Assembly (NCBI GenBank): GCA_043812155.1
Contig: JBDRMK010000011.1
Coordinates: forward strand, 16,111-80,110
From: Patescibacteria group bacterium
GTDB taxonomy: Bacteria > Patescibacteriota > Patescibacteriia > JAXHNJ01
Reading direction: 5' to 3'
Length of the DNA stretch: 64,000 nucleotides
Shown: piece by piece, positions 56,295-64,000 of the stretch
Layout: each line of letters begins with the position of its first letter
Numbering within the stretch: the stretch's first letter is position 1
The notes under the pieces: model-generated
Seen by the model: only the letters and a program-made list of their open reading frames with translations
Told to the model about the DNA's origin: nothing
Databases searched by the model: none
Program-made: the position numbers and the translations under genes

Positions 56295-57177
56295 TATTAT
56301 TCAAAAAAGAAATTTTTGGTTTTCATTTTCCGGAGTCCTTATAATTATCGCCCTCACCTTTATTTTTATGGGCGGACTTAAGTTTGGCATCGATTTTACC
56401 GGCGGTGCTCTCTTGCAAGTGGAGTTTACCGGAGAAAGGCCGACCGTGGCTAGCGTCCAAGAAAATCTGGCTAAACTGGATATCGGCACCATCCAGATCC
56501 AAAATGCCGGCGAAAAGGATATGGTTTTTAAAATGAAAGGCATAACTAATGATCAGAGAATGTCCGTAATTGAAAATATACAGAATCTTAGTCCGGTTCA
56601 GGAAAAGACATTTGACGCTATTGGACCAATTATCGGCCAAGAACTGAAACAAAAAGCGATATACGCCATTATTCTCGTTATCGTTGGTATTATTGTTTAC
56701 CTGAGTTGGGCCTTTCGTAAGATTTCTTCTTATCGTGTTTCCAGCTGGGTGTTTGGATTGAACGCCGTTATTGCCTTAATCCACGACATTCTTATTACCA
56801 CCGGTTTTTTTGCCGTCTTAGGCTATTTCTTTAAAGTTGAAATTGACAGCCTTTTTGTCACTGCGTTGCTCACCATTTTAGGTTTTTCAGTCCATGATAC
56901 CATTGTCGTTTTTGACCGGATAAGAGAGGGGATAAAGCGCGACTATTCCTCTTCCTTTGAAATAATTATTAACCGCAGTATTAATGAAACGATAATTCGT
57001 TCCCTTAATACGACCATAACGACCTTGCTTGTTTTAGTCGCTTTATTTCTTTTTGGCGGCGAATCAATTAAATATTTTATTTTGGCTTTAATATTCGGTA
57101 TTATTATCGGGACATACTCTTCTATTTTTATTGCTTCCCCCTTGCTTTTAGTTTGGAATCGTTTTAAAAGGCGTTAA
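56287..57177 (+). CDS. secF: Protein translocase subunit SecF
   Basis: 'GIDFTGG', 'IGP.IG.EL', 'DTIVVFDRIRE', 'GTYSSIFIA'; start placed at MFNII. Confidence 0.95.
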   Translation: MFNIIQKRNFWFSFSGVLIIIALTFIFMGGLKFGIDFTGGALLQVEFTGERPTVASVQENLAKLDIGTIQIQNAGEKDMVFKMKGITNDQRMSVIENIQNLSPVQEKTFDAIGPIIGQELKQKAIYAIILVIVGIIVYLSWAFRKISSYRVSSWVFGLNAVIALIHDILITTGFFAVLGYFFKVEIDSLFVTALLTILGFSVHDTIVVFDRIREGIKRDYSSSFEIIINRSINETIIRSLNTTITTLLVLVALFLFGGESIKYFILALIFGIIIGTYSSIFIASPLLLVWNRFKRR

Positions 57178-57237
57178 TTATTAAACAATAAATCATTAAA
57201 ATTGCCAAACGGCAAGTTTTGTTTTGTAATTATAATC

Positions 57238-57266
57238 TTGACAATATGGCAAAAGTATGCTATATT
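57238..57266 (+). promoter_or_regulatory. Sigma70 promoter with extended -10
   Basis: TTGACA-17 bp-TATATT preceded by TG. Confidence 0.7.
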
Positions 57267-57328
57267 ATAGATAGATATGGCTAAATAAAGGAATAAATAA
57301 TATGAATATTTATTAAATTATCAATATT

Positions 57329-58447
57329 ATGAGCGAAGAAATTTCAATCTTAGATAAAATTATCACTTCCAAGCAAGCCATGGATATATCTTCTTTTAAT
57401 CCCTCGGATATGGTCTCGCGCTTGTTAAAGCTTGTTTCTGAGAAAGAGGAAGATATTTTGCGCCGACGTTATGGCTTGAACGGTAAAAATGAAGAAACAT
57501 TAGAGCAGATCGGTAAATCATACCAGGTAACGCGGGAAAGAATCAGGCAAATTGAAAATACGGCGGTCTCAAGCATTAAAAATAATAAAGATTTTGACCT
57601 GATATCCCACTCCGTTGAGAGTATTATTACTAATATTTTTCATCAATATGGCGGCATTATGGAGGAAGAATTTTTTTATAATAAGCTTTTGAGCTTGAGC
57701 GGAGAATCAACGGCAAATAAAAATTCGGTAAATTTTTTAATCTCACGTCTTTTAAGCCAAAAATATAAAAAAATTATCTTGCCAGAGTGGCATGATTCCT
57801 GGCAGTTAAGATCCCAAAGTTTGGATATACTGGAAGAAACCAAAGCGGTATTTCTTAAAATATTACAGGAAAAGGCCAAGCCGCTTTACATCGACGAAGT
57901 TATTAAGATATTTAGGGAATCGGACGTTTTTGCCAAGCACCAATCATTTTTAAATGACGACGTTATCACTTCGTATTTAAAAGTGATAAGAGAGGTGTCT
58001 TTGAATCCTTATGATGAGTATGGTCTGGAAACCTGGGGCACGATAAAACCGAAAAGGATAAACGATAAGATATATTTAGTTTTAAAAAAACACGGTCAGC
58101 CTCTTCATTTTACTAAAATCGCCGAGATGATAAATAAGGCGGGTTTTGATCATAAAAAAGCCTATCCGCCCACCGTCCACAATGAATTAATTTTGAATAA
58201 GCAATATGTTCTAGTCGGCCGGGGCATTTACGCCCTTAAAGAATGGGGTTACAAATCCGGGGTCGTGGCTGATGTGCTGGAAGAGATTTTACGTTCGGAG
58301 GGCCAGCCTCTCAGCCGGGAGCAGCTGATTAATAAAGTTTTAGAAAAAAGAATGGTTAAGAAAAACACGATATTATTGGCTTTAACCGATAAAAGCAGGT
58401 TCCAAAAATCATCCGATGACTTATATACTTTGAATATAAATAAGTAA
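57329..58447 (+). CDS. Sigma70 region-4 HTH fused to C-terminal winged-HTH (HARE-HTH / RNAP delta-like) domains
   Basis: 'LRRRYGL...ETLEQIG..YQVTRERIRQIE'; 'PLHF..I...TVHNELI....VLVGRGIYALKEWG'; no sigma region 2. Confidence 0.8.
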   Translation: MSEEISILDKIITSKQAMDISSFNPSDMVSRLLKLVSEKEEDILRRRYGLNGKNEETLEQIGKSYQVTRERIRQIENTAVSSIKNNKDFDLISHSVESIITNIFHQYGGIMEEEFFYNKLLSLSGESTANKNSVNFLISRLLSQKYKKIILPEWHDSWQLRSQSLDILEETKAVFLKILQEKAKPLYIDEVIKIFRESDVFAKHQSFLNDDVITSYLKVIREVSLNPYDEYGLETWGTIKPKRINDKIYLVLKKHGQPLHFTKIAEMINKAGFDHKKAYPPTVHNELILNKQYVLVGRGIYALKEWGYKSGVVADVLEEILRSEGQPLSREQLINKVLEKRMVKKNTILLALTDKSRFQKSSDDLYTLNINK

Positions 58448-58459
58448 ACGTTAATTTTA

Positions 58460-59887
58460 ATGGATATAGTTTTTAATATTACCGGAGCCGGCTACACTGA
58501 TTCTTACTTTGCCCCTTTGGTGGCCATGTGGGTTTTGATAGTTAAAGGGGGTTGGGTTGTTTTGTTATTTGCCATTATTCTCGGTCTCTGGTGGGCTTGG
58601 ATCACCTGGCGCAAGAATCTTTATGACGCATCCATAAAAAACATTATTCTGGCCATTGATGTCCCAAAAGAAAATGAGCAAACCCCCAAAGCCGTGGAAA
58701 ATATATTTTCTCATCTGCACGGCGTCAGAAAAGGCGGCAATCTCCTGGAAAAAATATTAAAAGGGTATAACCAGCAGGGTTTCAGCCTGGAAATAATCAG
58801 TATCGGCGGTTATATCCAGTTTTTGATCAGGACGCCGGAAGTTCATCGTGATCTGGTGGAAGCGGCTATCTACGCCCAATATCCTAATGCCGAGATCACG
58901 GAAGTGGAAGACTACACCCAGCGTTACAAAGTCCGGTTTCCCAACGATGAATATGATATATACGGTTGCCATTATAAACTGGAAAAAAATGACGTATATC
59001 CCATAAGAACCTATGTTGCTTTTGAAGATTCCTCGACCAAGGAAGTCTTTAAAGATCCTATGGCCTCTTTGCTGGAAATTTTGAGCCGGGTCAGAGAAGG
59101 AGAGGAGATTTGGCTGCAATTTGTGATCGCTCCCCAATCAAGCGGTAAATGGCGGGAAAAGGGGATCCGGGTGATCAGGAAATTAATAGGGGCAAAAACT
59201 GAAAAAAAAGGCAAAGATGCCCTTTGGCTGCCGCGCAACATTGTTCACGGCGTGAGCGAGTCTTTTACCGCTTCCATTGTTCCGCCGTCTGATATGGCCG
59301 CGGATGAAGAGTCCAAGCAAATTCTAAAATGGCCGACCATGATTCAGCATTTGCCCGCCTGGGAAAAAAACGTGGTGGAAGCGGTCGGCATTAAAATCTC
59401 AAAAATTACTTTTGTGACTAAGATGCGTCTTGTATATTTGGCAAGAAAAGATATTTTTAAACGCAAGCGCTTAATTCCGGCTATTGAGGGGGCTTTAAAG
59501 CAATACAATACCCTTGACCTTAATGGTCTTAGAAGGGATAAGAAATCGGAAACAAAAGTTGTTTACCCTCCTTTTAAATCAATTGTTGAGTGGCGCCAAA
59601 ATAACCGTAAAAGAAGGATTTTATGGGGCTATATATACAGGAGCGGCGTTCGGGGACGCAGCCCCTTTGTCTTGAATATAGAAGAGCTGGCCACTCTTTA
59701 TCATTTCCCCATTATGACCGTGAAAGCGCCGATGGTTAAAAAAACTGAGGCAAAAAAAGCGGAACCGCCGGTTGCTTTGCCTTTAGAGCAAGTTTTTCCC
59801 TTAAGAAAGAAAGGGGAAGGCGGTGAAAATCTTAACGAAGTTTTGGAAAAGAAGGCCGTTTTTCCCGAAAATTTACCATTTGCTTAA
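58460..59887 (+). CDS. Conserved membrane-anchored partner of the VirD4-like ATPase
   Basis: TM helix, 'FSLEI', 'IYAQYP.AEI.EV.DY', 'DPMASLL', 'EELATLYHFP'. Confidence 0.75.
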   Translation: MDIVFNITGAGYTDSYFAPLVAMWVLIVKGGWVVLLFAIILGLWWAWITWRKNLYDASIKNIILAIDVPKENEQTPKAVENIFSHLHGVRKGGNLLEKILKGYNQQGFSLEIISIGGYIQFLIRTPEVHRDLVEAAIYAQYPNAEITEVEDYTQRYKVRFPNDEYDIYGCHYKLEKNDVYPIRTYVAFEDSSTKEVFKDPMASLLEILSRVREGEEIWLQFVIAPQSSGKWREKGIRVIRKLIGAKTEKKGKDALWLPRNIVHGVSESFTASIVPPSDMAADEESKQILKWPTMIQHLPAWEKNVVEAVGIKISKITFVTKMRLVYLARKDIFKRKRLIPAIEGALKQYNTLDLNGLRRDKKSETKVVYPPFKSIVEWRQNNRKRRILWGYIYRSGVRGRSPFVLNIEELATLYHFPIMTVKAPMVKKTEAKKAEPPVALPLEQVFPLRKKGEGGENLNEVLEKKAVFPENLPFA

Positions 59888-59894
59888 TTTAAAT

Positions 59895-61541
59895 ATGGCT
59901 TTCCCTCAAAATCCAATTGATGATGTTACGCCCTTTGGCCTGACAAATTTCCGCAATTTGCGGCGTAAGTTTGGTATTAAGGTAGATGACCGCCGAAGAC
60001 ATATGTATCTCATCGGAAAAACCGGCATGGGTAAATCCACCACCATTGAAAATATGATCATTGATGATATCAGAAAGGGGAAAGGAGTCGCCCTCATTGA
60101 TCCTTTAGGCGATTTGGTGGAAAAAGTTATTGAATTTATTCCGAGTTACCGGGTGAATGACGTGGTATATTTTAATCCTTCAGATTTAAATTATCCCATT
60201 GCTTTTAATGTCTTAGAGTCGGTTGATCCGACTCATCATCATCTGGTCACTTCCGGCCTGATTGCTGTTTTTAAGAAAATTTGGGTTGACTCCTGGGGCC
60301 CGAGACTGGAATACGTCTTGCGTAATACAATTTTAGCCCTGTTGGAATATCCGGGGAGCACCCTGCTCGGGGTCACCCGTCTTTTGGTTGATAAAAATTT
60401 CCGCGCTAAAGTCATCAGTCGTTTGACCGATCCTATTGTCAAAGCTTTTTGGGTAGATGAATATTCCGCCTATTCCAACCAATTTAGAACGGAAGCGATT
60501 TCGCCTATTCAAAATAAGGTCGGCCAATTTCTTTCCAGTTCAGTTATCAGGAATATCGTCGGTCAGTCAAAAAGCACCATTGATATGCGTGAAATAATGG
60601 ACAACGGTAAGATTCTTCTTCTTAATTTAGCAAAAGGCAGGATTGGCGAGGATAATTCTTCACTTTTAGGTGCGATGATGGTGACAAAAATTCAATTGGC
60701 GGGCATGAGCCGGGTGGATATACCTGAAGAACAGCGAAATGATTTTTATCTTTACGTTGATGAATTTCAAAATTTCGCCACCGAGAGTTTTGGGACGATT
60801 CTTTCTGAAGCGAGAAAATACCGCCTAAATTTAACCTTGGCTCACCAATACATTGAACAGCTGGATGAAAAAGTGGCGGCGGCGGTTTTCGGCAACGTCG
60901 GCACGATCGTATGTTTTCGGGTCGGAGCGGCCGACGCCGAATTTTTAGTCAAAGAATTCGACCCGGTTTTTTCCGAAACCGACCTGGTTAATTTAACCAA
61001 GTTTGAAGTTTACTTAAAATTAATGATTGACGGCGTTTCCTCCGAACCTTTTTCCGCTCTGACCTTGCCCCCTTTAACCGACGTGGAAGGCAATAAAGAG
61101 AAAATTATCAATGTGTCGCGGGAAAGATATTCCATACCCAGAGAAGAAATAGAGGAAAAAATCCTCCGCTGGAGCGGTATGTCGGAAATGTATAAAGAAA
61201 CCGCCCAGCAGGAAAATATTGTCGCGGAAAGAAGACTGAGTAATACCCGCGAATACCGGCCTGAAGAAAAAGAAACTAGGCCAAAAATCGATTTCCGCAA
61301 GGAAAAAATTTTACCGGTGGAATCCATCAAACCGAGCGAAGAGATCTCTTTAAACGAGGCTTTAAAGCGGGAGCCGATCCCATTTGGCCGGCGAAGAAGC
61401 CAGGAAAAAAGAATTGAAAGAACCAATGATCAAAGTCGCCCTGAGAAAAAATCCTTTCCAACGCCAAATTATACCGTCCCTGCTTTAAAACCCCATCAGC
61501 AGACTCTTAAACCCGGCCAAGTTATAAGGCTGGACCGATAA
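59895..61541 (+). CDS. VirD4/TraG/TrwB-like P-loop ATPase (type IV coupling-protein family)
   Basis: 'DRRRHMYLIGKTGMGKST', 'IDPLGDL', Walker B 'LYVDEFQNF', 'LSEARKY', 'HQY'; start placed at MAFPQ. Confidence 0.9.
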   Translation: MAFPQNPIDDVTPFGLTNFRNLRRKFGIKVDDRRRHMYLIGKTGMGKSTTIENMIIDDIRKGKGVALIDPLGDLVEKVIEFIPSYRVNDVVYFNPSDLNYPIAFNVLESVDPTHHHLVTSGLIAVFKKIWVDSWGPRLEYVLRNTILALLEYPGSTLLGVTRLLVDKNFRAKVISRLTDPIVKAFWVDEYSAYSNQFRTEAISPIQNKVGQFLSSSVIRNIVGQSKSTIDMREIMDNGKILLLNLAKGRIGEDNSSLLGAMMVTKIQLAGMSRVDIPEEQRNDFYLYVDEFQNFATESFGTILSEARKYRLNLTLAHQYIEQLDEKVAAAVFGNVGTIVCFRVGAADAEFLVKEFDPVFSETDLVNLTKFEVYLKLMIDGVSSEPFSALTLPPLTDVEGNKEKIINVSRERYSIPREEIEEKILRWSGMSEMYKETAQQENIVAERRLSNTREYRPEEKETRPKIDFRKEKILPVESIKPSEEISLNEALKREPIPFGRRRSQEKRIERTNDQSRPEKKSFPTPNYTVPALKPHQQTLKPGQVIRLDR

Positions 61542-61559
61542 TAATTAAGCGGTTTAAAT

Positions 61560-61859
61560 TTGAAATCATACAAAGCCGTTATTTCCGTAATTCTATATTT
61601 TTTCTTTACTTACACTCTTTTTGCCTTTATTGTCTCACCTGTTCTTGGGATAAAAAGCGACCTTTATATTAGTTTTAAAACTTCATTTGGGAGCACTCTA
61701 GTGTATTTGGTCATTATATTATTCAGAAAATTATCTTCTCAAAAGGTAAATTATGAAGTTCAGCGCGAAGTGGCAAGATATTCAAAAATATATTCTATTC
61801 TAAGCCAGTTTTTTTTATATATAATCATTATTTCCGTGGTATATAGTTTTGTCGCTTAA
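61560..61859 (+). CDS. Small membrane hypothetical protein
   Basis: TTG start, three hydrophobic segments, fills the intergenic gap. Confidence 0.5.
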   Translation: MKSYKAVISVILYFFFTYTLFAFIVSPVLGIKSDLYISFKTSFGSTLVYLVIILFRKLSSQKVNYEVQREVARYSKIYSILSQFFLYIIIISVVYSFVA

Positions 61860-61912
61860 TTTACGAAATATAGCATATGCTATATAATAAAATAAAGAAT
61901 AACGGCTAACCT

Positions 61913-62983
61913 ATGAAAATTTCTGAATTTAAAGAATGTAGAGAGCTTAATCTGAAATTTTTCGAATGTCCCTCCTCTCTTTTTTTATTAAACGGTATTA
62001 TTACCGTTATTTTAATCATATCCACTTTTATAATCACCCGTAAATTTTATTCGGAAGAGATCGCTTTTTTGTGCATCGTCTTTATTACGGTTGTGATGAT
62101 GGTTATTTCATACTTTGTCCATGCAGGTACTTCAAAAGTCGCCACCTCCAAAAAAAGATTGCAGGAAAGCAACGGTCAATTACGCGACACCCTTTTAAAA
62201 CTCAAAGAGGCGGAAAAAAGGCAGCAGGAGTTCACTCATATGATGGTTCATGATTTACGCTCACCCCTAAATGGGATACGCATGGTTTCGGAAATGGTGA
62301 TATCTGATTTAAAGAAAAAAGGATTGGCGGATTTATCAGAACCGTTGTCTTTAATAAATCAAAATGCGGTCAGTATGCTGACCGACGTCAATGATATACT
62401 TGATGTCGCGAAAATCGAAGCCGGCATGTTTAAACTTGATAAAAAAAAGGGAGATTTAATAAAATTGACTCAGAATATAATCCAGTATTTTATGCCAATG
62501 GCAGAAGGGAAAAATCTTATTTTGGAATTGAAGGGGGCGGATGCCCTGCCGGCCTTAAAATTTGACAAAGGGGCGATACGGCAGGTTTTTGAGAATCTGA
62601 TTTCTAATTCATTGAAATTTACCCCCGCTGGAGGCCGCATTACTGTACAGCTTTTAAAGCATCAAAAAAACACGGATATAAACGAGGAAGCGAAAAAACA
62701 GGGGATCAGCTGGCATTTAAAAGGCGGCGATATAAAATTAAACAGTCAGCCTGATTCTGTAGTCGTATCGGTCACGGATAACGGCGAAGGCATTTCACTG
62801 CCTAATTTATCCCGTCTTTTTAATAAGTTCGAATCAATGAAAATGTCGAGTAAGACCGGAGAGAAAGGGACGGGTTTAGGTTTGGTCATCGTTAAAGGGA
62901 TGATTGAAGCCCATGGAGGCGTGGTCGGGGTGGCAGCGAAAGAAGGCGTGGGCACGACTTTTTACTTTAATATACCTGTATAA
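61913..62983 (+). CDS. Membrane sensor histidine kinase
   Basis: Two TM helices, 'HDLRSPL', 'NLISNSLKF', 'DNGEGI', 'GTGLGL'. Confidence 0.94.
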   Translation: MKISEFKECRELNLKFFECPSSLFLLNGIITVILIISTFIITRKFYSEEIAFLCIVFITVVMMVISYFVHAGTSKVATSKKRLQESNGQLRDTLLKLKEAEKRQQEFTHMMVHDLRSPLNGIRMVSEMVISDLKKKGLADLSEPLSLINQNAVSMLTDVNDILDVAKIEAGMFKLDKKKGDLIKLTQNIIQYFMPMAEGKNLILELKGADALPALKFDKGAIRQVFENLISNSLKFTPAGGRITVQLLKHQKNTDINEEAKKQGISWHLKGGDIKLNSQPDSVVVSVTDNGEGISLPNLSRLFNKFESMKMSSKTGEKGTGLGLVIVKGMIEAHGGVVGVAAKEGVGTTFYFNIPV

Positions 62984-63001
62984 TTATTAAATATAAATAT
63001 T

Positions 63002-63382
63002 ATGAACACTAAAAAAATTTTAATCATCGAGGACGAAGCAGCGATTCTATATTCCCTAAAAGCGCGGTTAACAGTTGAGGGAATTAATACTTTGACCGCT
63101 TCTTCAGCGGAAGAAGGTTTTGAAATATTAAAAAAAGAAAAACCCGACGTCATACTTTTGGATATTATTTTGCCGCAGATGGATGGATTGTCTTTTATGA
63201 AGCAATTAAAAAACGACAAATCTTACCAGGATATCCCGATTATAATAATGTCAAATTTAAACAAAAAGGATAAAATTGAAAAAAGCCTTAAATTAGGCGC
63301 AAAAGATTATATCGTTAAATCGGAGTTTAATCTCGAATCATTAATTAACAAGATTAAAGATGTCATTACCCATGTCTCTTAA
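63002..63382 (+). CDS. Stand-alone response-regulator receiver
   Basis: 'IIEDE', 'LLDIILP.MDG', 'YIVK'. Confidence 0.92.
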   Translation: MNTKKILIIEDEAAILYSLKARLTVEGINTLTASSAEEGFEILKKEKPDVILLDIILPQMDGLSFMKQLKNDKSYQDIPIIIMSNLNKKDKIEKSLKLGAKDYIVKSEFNLESLINKIKDVITHVS

Positions 63383-63761
63383 TAATAAGCGAATTTTGGT
63401 TATTGAGGACGACCCGGCAGAACTTTTTGCCATGAAAAAAATGATCCAGGAGGCTGGTTATGAGATTTTGACCGCCTCTGACGGCCAGACCGGATTGAAT
63501 CTCATTAAAAAGGAAAAACCTGATTTAGTCTTTCTGGATATTATCTTGCCCAAGATAAACGGCTTCGATATTTTAGAGCTGGTAAAAAAAGACCCCCAGG
63601 TCATGAAAATACCTATTATCGTTTTGACCAACCTAAACGACGAAGAGACAGCCATGAAATCTAGAACGCTAGGCGCGGCCGATCATTTAATAAAAATGCA
63701 GGTTTATCCCCATGATATTATCCGTAAAATAGATAAATTCTTAAATATCGATCAGGTATAA
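63372..63761 (+). CDS. Stand-alone response-regulator receiver
   Basis: 'VIEDD', 'FLDIILP..NG', 'LTN', 'LIK'. Confidence 0.92.
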   Translation: MSLNNKRILVIEDDPAELFAMKKMIQEAGYEILTASDGQTGLNLIKKEKPDLVFLDIILPKINGFDILELVKKDPQVMKIPIIVLTNLNDEETAMKSRTLGAADHLIKMQVYPHDIIRKIDKFLNIDQV

Positions 63762-63890
63762 ATAATCGATTAGCAACATTCTAATGAGCAGCGTCCAAAT
63801 AATTCCTTTTAGAGAGGAATTATTTGATTTTTACCGGTAAAAATGGTATTTTTAATTGGCATTAAAAACCATAGAATTAAACAATTTATT

Positions 63891-64000
63891 ATGCGGATTG
63901 AAAAAAATCAACCAAATTCGGCTATTGAGTCAATCAGACCCAGAAAAAACCGTCTTAAAATGTTTTTAACCTTGATTCTTGCCGTTTTAATTTTAGTCGT
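63891..64000 (+). CDS. Membrane-anchored protein, 3'-partial
   Basis: MRIEKNQPNSAIESIRPRKNRLKMFLTLILAVLILV runs off the window edge. Confidence 0.55.
   Translation, partial: MRIEKNQPNSAIESIRPRKNRLKMFLTLILAVLILV

Noticed and set aside
1-64000. tRNA, rRNA, tmRNA, prophage, integrase, reverse transcriptase; numerous antisense ORFs of 60-180 aa
   Set aside because: No cloverleaf or rRNA-like tract and no such protein motifs were recognised by eye; the antisense ORFs lie within well-supported genes.

Overview
AT-rich bacterial chromosome segment, genetic code 11. Gene content and style point to Patescibacteria/CPR, probably Parcubacteria/ABY1-like (inference): type IV pilus cluster, PEGA protein, CPR-type VirD4-like ATPase pair, sigma4-HTH protein, and core genes without Shine-Dalgarno motifs. 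Contents, left to right: a dTDP-rhamnose (rml) locus broken up by an adenosine kinase-ahcY block, a REP-flanked RAYT transposase and threonine-catabolism genes; ctpA, acyP, rplI, pyrG, rpmA, iscS; a type IV pilus operon; a dcw cluster (mraY, murD, ftsW, murG, murC, murB) with self-contained orphan cassettes between the genes; a speA-DHS-like-speB polyamine locus; secA; an FG-GAP L,D-transpeptidase; a heliorhodopsin; secD with an inserted parvulin domain; secF; a VirD4-like pair; and a kinase with two receiver proteins. No rRNA, tRNA or CRISPR array was seen. Most notable unexplained signals: (1) diverged copies of gene 3' ends stranded downstream of kbl, a DUF72 gene and secA, each separated from its gene by a cargo gene or a palindromic element; (2) orphan cassettes with a strong SD, a terminator and usually a sigma70 promoter and boxA-like motif, including a three-peptide operon sharing a cationic amphipathic C-terminal helix; (3) the same +1 A9 frameshift in pyrG and pilB; (4) two long structured leader RNA candidates; (5) several nested families of palindromic repeats.
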